Shown piece by piece: positions 59,171-64,000 of a stretch of DNA of 64,000 bases. Each line of letters begins with the position of its first letter. Position 1 is the stretch's first letter. Location: assembly GCA_038150265.1 (NCBI GenBank), contig JAYOTF010000014.1, positions 11,186 through 75,185 of the forward strand, read 5' to 3'. Both the position numbers and the translations under genes were made by a program. The stretch comes from Deltaproteobacteria bacterium (GTDB taxonomy: Bacteria; SAR324; NAC60-12). Under the pieces are notes generated by a model, which saw only the letters and a program-made list of their open reading frames with translations, was not told the origin of the DNA and did not search any database.

Positions 59171-60538
59171 ATGAAAAAACTCCTCTCCCTTGCGGTCCTT
59201 GGGTTCCTCGGAACCCTGCTGGCGGTTGCGGCCACTCACTCCTTTCTGGACCAGGCCATGAAGTACCGGGACCAGGCGGTTCATAACTTTGTGACCTACC
59301 TGCTCAAGGGGGAGCGGTACCCGATGATGCATGCCATCTATGAGCTGCGCTTTGCGGTCCTCAAGCAGGAGCTCGGCATCAGCGAACGGGCAGAGACCCG
59401 GGAATGTGCCCTGCGCCGGACGTATGGAAGCGAGGTCTCGGCCAGCCAGCAGGACTTCTGTCAGCGCTACGACACCGTGGTGGACTTTGCGCGGGAAAAC
59501 GTGATGACGCCCCAGCTCTTCGAGACCGCCTACCTCGCCACCGAAGCCACCCTGATGGGCGAGCTGGAAAAGCAGCAGGCCCGCAAGGCCATGCGGGTGT
59601 GGATCAAGCAGAAGCTCAACTGCCTCAATGACCGCTTCCGCTGTGGACGAGACGAGCGGGCCCTCCTGGAGCGCCTCAACGGCTTTGCTCCGGAAAACAC
59701 CCGGCTCTTCATGACCCTGCTGGCCAACCTCGAGCGCAAGCTGTTTCCGGAAGAGCAGCAGCTTTCCGATGCGTTTGAGGAGCCCATTGAGACGCGCTGC
59801 ATGGTGGTGCCCACCGGGTTTCGAGACTCCATCAAGAGCGGCATGGCCTTCATTGCCGGAGGAGCCTTCCTGATGGGAGGAGGCGATGAGCCCATGCGAG
59901 AGGTCAAGGTGGACGGCTTCTGGATCGACCGCTGCGAGGTCACCAACTACGATTACGTCCGGATGGCCGCCCAGGATCCGTTTCTCCGCAAAAGCACCTT
60001 CCCCCGCAAGTTTCATGACGGCGGCTACCTGACCCACTGGTCCGATGACCTGCAGCCTCCGTTTGGAGAAGAGCTGCGTCCGGTGGTGAACGTCTCCTGG
60101 TACGCGGCCCGCTACTACTGCAACTCCGTGGGCAAGCGCCTCCCCTCAGAGGCCGAGTGGGAAAAGGCCGCCCGGGGGGGAGACGAGAAGCTCTACTCGT
60201 TTGGCGATGATCCGGCCTTTCTCAAGGATTATGCGTGGTACCGTCCCAATGCGCTGGGCAGCCCCCGGCAGATTGCCGAGCTGCTTCCCAACGGCTACCA
60301 GCTTTATGATGTCCACGGAAATGCTCAGGAGTGGGTCTACGACTGGTACGCCCCGCGGCGCCGCTTGGGGACCGACAACCCCCAGGGGCCGTCGATGGGC
60401 AAGTACCGCGTGATCAAGGGGGGAAGCTGGAATGATGACGCCCAGGCTTTGGAAACCGGACGGCGCCGGGACGCGTTGCCCATGATGACGGCTCAGAGCA
60501 CGGGCTTTCGCTGTGCGTCTGACCTGCCGCCCGAGTGA
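59171..60538 (+). CDS. Exported FGE-sulfatase (SUMF1)-domain protein
   Basis: Signal/TM N-terminus; EVTNYDY, PVVNVSW, KRLPSEAEWEKAARG, GNAQEWV, GGSW, GFRCA. Confidence 0.9.
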   Translation: MKKLLSLAVLGFLGTLLAVAATHSFLDQAMKYRDQAVHNFVTYLLKGERYPMMHAIYELRFAVLKQELGISERAETRECALRRTYGSEVSASQQDFCQRYDTVVDFARENVMTPQLFETAYLATEATLMGELEKQQARKAMRVWIKQKLNCLNDRFRCGRDERALLERLNGFAPENTRLFMTLLANLERKLFPEEQQLSDAFEEPIETRCMVVPTGFRDSIKSGMAFIAGGAFLMGGGDEPMREVKVDGFWIDRCEVTNYDYVRMAAQDPFLRKSTFPRKFHDGGYLTHWSDDLQPPFGEELRPVVNVSWYAARYYCNSVGKRLPSEAEWEKAARGGDEKLYSFGDDPAFLKDYAWYRPNALGSPRQIAELLPNGYQLYDVHGNAQEWVYDWYAPRRRLGTDNPQGPSMGKYRVIKGGSWNDDAQALETGRRRDALPMMTAQSTGFRCASDLPPE

Positions 60539-60541
60539 GTC

Positions 60542-60775
60542 CTACTCGAGGCCCCTGGACGCCTTCAGGGCCTGAACCGCCTTGTGCAGCCGGAACTTTT
60601 CGGTCCATCCGAACTCCTGATACTCCGGCTTTTCCAAGTGGTAGCCAAAGACTCCGCCTCCGATCCACAGGGCCACACCGCTTTGGTGCCGGGCCCAGTA
60701 CTCGTCCATCCGCCACTCGTTGGGTTTGTTCTGCATGCTGTTGATGATGACATCGAGGTTGTTCTTGCGCGCCAT
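60542..60775 (-). CDS. Small hypothetical protein
   Basis: 77-aa ORF with host-like codon usage and Trp-rich composition. Confidence 0.65.
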   Translation of the reverse strand: MARKNNLDVIINSMQNKPNEWRMDEYWARHQSGVALWIGGGVFGYHLEKPEYQEFGWTEKFRLHKAVQALKASRGLE

Positions 60776-61193
60776 GGGAGCCAAACGTCAAGGGGCCTCC
60801 GTCCGCCAGTCGGGAAGGAGGAGGGGGCTGCGAGGGCCGTTTTGGGTTTTGGTGTTGGGGGTCGTCGGGTGTCAGTCGCCCATCCTGGTTCAGGAACGCC
60901 TGCCCCGGCATCCGGAGTGTTGGGAGGAGTACCGGGCCGATGCCAGTGAGGCCTGCGACCGGATCCAGGATGCCCAGCATCGGGTTGAAATTCGGGAGGC
61001 CATGCGGCAAAGCTGGCGGACTCAGGAGCGGGTGTCCAACGCCGGAGACGCCTGCAGCCGCAATCCGAGCCTACTGCGTCCGGACAGCTGCTACGTTTCC
61101 CTGCAGCCCAGCCGGCTGCCCAAGCCCCCCTTCCACCTCAAGGGGTCGGCGCCCTTCACGCCTCAACCGAAGAAGAAGCGGAATCAGCCGTAA
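60774..61193 (+). CDS. Possible small Cys-containing lipoprotein
   Basis: Hydrophobic WVLVLGVVGC lipobox-like segment plus four further Cys; start uncertain. Confidence 0.45.
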   Translation: MGAKRQGASVRQSGRRRGLRGPFWVLVLGVVGCQSPILVQERLPRHPECWEEYRADASEACDRIQDAQHRVEIREAMRQSWRTQERVSNAGDACSRNPSLLRPDSCYVSLQPSRLPKPPFHLKGSAPFTPQPKKKRNQP

Positions 61194-61483
61194 CCCCCAT
61201 CTTCAATGAAGACCTCCACCTGTCCATCACAGAGGTCTTCGCGCTGAAAGATCTTGGAGGCTTCGCGCTGGATCATGATCTTGTCCTCCATGTCCAGCTT
61301 GCCGTCTCCGGTCACATCCTGAAAGACATGAATGTGGTCCATGAGGCCATCGTGCTCCCGGTCGATCGCAACCGCAATGCCCCGACCCTGGGGGTCCAGA
61401 AAAGAGATCATGTCCACCTTGCCATCCTCGTTGAGGTCCAGTAAGTTGGCGTAGATGTAAACACCACGTTCTTCAGTTGCCAT
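61184..61483 (-). CDS. Small acidic protein with three Dx[DN]xDG-like motifs
   Basis: DLNEDGKVD, DREHDGLMD, DVTGDGKLD. Confidence 0.75.
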   Translation of the reverse strand: MATEERGVYIYANLLDLNEDGKVDMISFLDPQGRGIAVAIDREHDGLMDHIHVFQDVTGDGKLDMEDKIMIQREASKIFQREDLCDGQVEVFIEDGGYG

Positions 61484-61641
61484 CGCTCTTCGTCAGTCGT
61501 CCCTCTACGAGGGAGGTTGGGGAATCCGTGCAAAATGAAGGTTACTTTAATTTTCCCGCTTGGGAAAGACAATGCAAAATCACGGTGGGCCCCGGTGCGT
61601 GATTCCGGAAGGCCCGAGGCCGTGAACACAGGAGCAGAGCC

Positions 61642-62076
61642 ATGGCGATCTGGCAACACTGGAGCCTCTGGGCGATCCTGGCGGCGGTCTTTGCCGCCCT
61701 GACGGCGATCTTTACCAAACTCGGCGTTGAGGGGGTGGATTCCGACTTTGCCACCCTGGTCCGGACCGTCATGGTCGTCGGGGTGCTGGGGGCGCTGGTG
61801 AGCGGGTTGGGCAAGTGGCAGAACCCGTGGGTGCTTTCCGGCAAAACGTGGCTCTTCCTCGGCCTCTCGGCCCTGGCCACCGGAGCCTCGTGGATCTGCT
61901 ACTTCCGGGCGATGCAGCTGGGACCCGTCTCCAAGGTGGCCCCGGTGGACAAGTTCAGTCTGGTCCTGGCCACCCTCTTTGCCGTGGCCTTCCTTGGGGA
62001 ACGTCCGGAACCACGGGAGTGGCTGGGGATCGGCCTGGTCGCCACCGGCGTCCTCGTCCTGGCCATTCGGTCCTGA
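61642..62076 (+). CDS. EamA-family (single-domain) membrane protein
   Basis: FAALTAIFTKLG, DSDFATLVRT, SWICYFRA, VAPVDKFS; AGGAG RBS. Confidence 0.92.
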   Translation: MAIWQHWSLWAILAAVFAALTAIFTKLGVEGVDSDFATLVRTVMVVGVLGALVSGLGKWQNPWVLSGKTWLFLGLSALATGASWICYFRAMQLGPVSKVAPVDKFSLVLATLFAVAFLGERPEPREWLGIGLVATGVLVLAIRS

Positions 62077-62229
62077 GCCTCGTCTCCGCTTCCCGGCTTT
62101 GGTCTTTTTCTTGCTTTGACCGGAGAAGGCTGCTTCCCTCCGGGGCCGTGGTCTCGCGCAACTTCCTTCGCAACAACGCTCCTTTAGAAGCGGCACGACC
62201 ACTTCCGCACGACTCACTCTTAGACGTTA

Positions 62230-63489
62230 ATGTACCGACTGACCCGTTGCTGGCTGCTTGCCCTTTCTTTTCTTTTCCTCGTGTCTGCTTCGGCCTCGGC
62301 GCAAGCTACCCTGAACCTGAACGACCCCTTCGCGTTTGAGCGCGAACTCGTCAGTGGCTTCAGTGAAGACGGCCGCATCAAGGTGCTGCTCCTGACCCTG
62401 CTTCCCACCGGAATGACAGAGACGGCTGCCGAGGAGATCTCCAAGGCCCTGCAGCTCAACCTCTTCAACACCAACCACTTCACCGTCGTGGGTCCGGGCG
62501 AATGGAACGCGCAGATTCAGGAGCGCGACCCCACCCTCGCCGACTGTCACGACGTGTCCTGTGGGGTCCGGGTGGGCAAGCTGTTCAATGCGGACAAGGT
62601 GCTCATCGGCAACATCCAGAGCGCTCCGATTCTTGATGCCAACGGCAACGAAATTGCCGGGATGGACCTGAGCATCCGCATGGTGGATGTGGTCACGAAC
62701 ATCTCCGATTTTGAGGATGAGATTCAGTTCAATGACGCCCAGATGCACGAGGCCCTCTTTCGGCTGGCCACCCGGATTTCTGAAAACACCCTCCTCCGGG
62801 GATACGTCCTGTCGGTCCGTCAGAACGGCCTGACCCTCGACCTCGGCCGGGCCCATGGCCTCAAGTCCGGAAACCAGATTGTCATCTTCCGGCCGGTCTC
62901 CACCAATGCGTCCCTTGAGGGACAGCCCCTGGAGCTTTCCAATGAGAGCATCGCCATTGCCGAGCTGATCCGGGTCAATGACATGTCCTCGGATGCAGTC
63001 CTCAAGCAGCAGTTTGCTCCCATCAACTCCGGGGATCAGATCAAGACCTACGTCAACGTCAATAAACGCGTGGCCCTTATTTCCGAGACCCGTCGAGAGC
63101 TCGACACCCGGAAACGCCTGCAGCCCAAGACCCGGCCGCTGGAACTGACTCCGGAGGTGGTGGTCAGCGACAATGGCAAGGAAGAGTGGGCCCGGCGCTT
63201 CATCACGGCCCGGAACCAGCAGGAGCGCTGGATGTACATCACCGCAGGCGCCGGCGCGCTGACGCTCGTGTTGCTGACCGATGGCTCTTCTGCCATTGGA
63301 GGAGACCTGGGCTCTTACCTGCCGTGGCTCAGTGGAGGCGCGGCGCTTTATGCCGGATACAACTTCCTTCAGTCCCAACGCCTGCTGGATGAGCTGACGG
63401 TGGAAGGACGGACCCGAGGCTTCCTCAGCCACCTCAACCTGCAGCTCTCTCCGCAGGGTCCTCAGCTTCAGTTCAGCTACGACTTCTGA
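62230..63489 (+). CDS. Secreted/envelope hypothetical protein (TolB-N/FlgT-like elements)
   Basis: Signal peptide ending ASA; CHDVSC..VGKLFNADKVLIG; LDLGRAHGLKSG; C-terminal aromatic beta strand QFSYDF. Confidence 0.7.
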   Translation: MYRLTRCWLLALSFLFLVSASASAQATLNLNDPFAFERELVSGFSEDGRIKVLLLTLLPTGMTETAAEEISKALQLNLFNTNHFTVVGPGEWNAQIQERDPTLADCHDVSCGVRVGKLFNADKVLIGNIQSAPILDANGNEIAGMDLSIRMVDVVTNISDFEDEIQFNDAQMHEALFRLATRISENTLLRGYVLSVRQNGLTLDLGRAHGLKSGNQIVIFRPVSTNASLEGQPLELSNESIAIAELIRVNDMSSDAVLKQQFAPINSGDQIKTYVNVNKRVALISETRRELDTRKRLQPKTRPLELTPEVVVSDNGKEEWARRFITARNQQERWMYITAGAGALTLVLLTDGSSAIGGDLGSYLPWLSGGAALYAGYNFLQSQRLLDELTVEGRTRGFLSHLNLQLSPQGPQLQFSYDF

Positions 63490-63692
63490 CTCACGGACCC
63501 GCCACGTTCCCGTGACCGTGGCGACCAACCTCCGCGGCCATGTTTCCTGCGAATCGCGGGGACGCTTGGGCGCGTTTTCCGCCTGCCTGCCGAAGGCAGG
63601 GGTCTCCAATTATTTTGCTCACTTTTCCTGGAAGGCCATCAGGTTGGTTTTTCTGTGGTGCGAGGACAAGCGGAAACCTGTCGTGAAAGACC

Positions 63693-64000
63693 TCACGCAA
63701 AATCCAGGGGGCTTCGCACGCCGGCACCTCCCCGGTTGAGGACGTGGGTGTAGATCATGGTGGTGGAGACATCGGCGTGCCCAAGGAGTTCCTGCACAGT
63801 ACGAATGTCATAGCCGTTTTCCAGCAGGTGGGTGGCAAAGGAATGGCGAAACGCATGGCAATTCACGCGTTTGGTCAATCCTGTGGTTTCAGCGGCTTGT
63901 TTCACGGCTTTTTGCAACACGGATTCATGGAGGTGATGACGGCGGATGCTGCCGTCACGGGGATCTGTCGCCAGCCGGGCACTGGGAAAGAGGTATTGCC
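63693..64000 (-). mobile_element. intI: Integron integrase, C-terminal part (gene starts beyond the window)
   Basis: Manual extension reads [84 protein letters not shown]; includes the IntI-specific insertion. Confidence 0.93.

Noticed and set aside
59171..60538. Diversity-generating retroelement target (FGE/C-type lectin fold)
   Set aside because: No reverse transcriptase and no template/variable repeat pair seen in the window.
60773..60776. Divergent genes sharing a CATG start
   Set aside because: Leaves no room for promoters or RBSs; the + strand start is probably misassigned or the ORF is spurious.
63586..63600. CCTGCC-GAA-GGCAGG hairpin as a REP or mobile repeat
   Set aside because: Single copy noticed in the window; more simply a short hairpin between convergent genes.
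2..63609. Many long antisense or alternate-frame ORFs (e.g. 2-730+, 24183-25895+, 42869-44968+, 57181-59124+, 62227-63609-)
   Set aside because: They shadow well-supported genes on the opposite strand, lack motifs, and are expected in high-GC DNA.
61484..63692. Genes downstream of intI as integron cassettes
   Set aside because: No RYYYAAC...GTTRRRY attC structure found by eye; host-like composition; wrong side of intI.
1..64000. CRISPR array, tRNA, rRNA, IS transposase or prophage
   Set aside because: No spaced direct repeats, cloverleaf or rRNA signatures, or transposase or phage ORFs recognised by eye.

Overview
High-GC bacterial chromosomal segment (roughly 62-64% GC by eye; gene content is compatible with a deltaproteobacterial-type/SAR324-like organism, but that is inference only). 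Left part (1-13.8 kb): an Rrf2-iscS-iscU-hscB-hscA Fe-S operon, minCDE, a VKOR-like gene, a PrkA-family ATPase/kinase, an orphan hydrogenase maturation protease, a stand-alone AICAR transformylase, a proXWV-type ABC transporter preceded by a promoter-driven ~160-nt highly structured RNA candidate, and a stand-alone RibD reductase. Centre (13.9-50.2 kb): a ~36-kb signal-transduction island of about 28 genes. It holds two CheA modules, a STAS/PP2C/anti-sigma partner switch, two adenylate cyclase-TPR-PilZ fusions, a REC protein with a degenerate GGDEF that keeps its I-site, a kinase with a heme-type PAS nested inside another PAS, a tandem PruR/SUOX-like periplasmic protein, pseudo-kinases and a CheZ-motif coiled-coil protein. 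Right part: a recently duplicated diheme cytochrome c, orphan ABC permeases, DUF1479, aroQ, waaA-like, TerB/LETM1-like, FGE-domain and small hypothetical genes, ending in the 3' part of an integron integrase. The palindrome TCCGGA is strongly over-represented in the stretches counted by hand. No rRNA, tRNA or CRISPR array was seen. All calls are made by motif reading without database searches.
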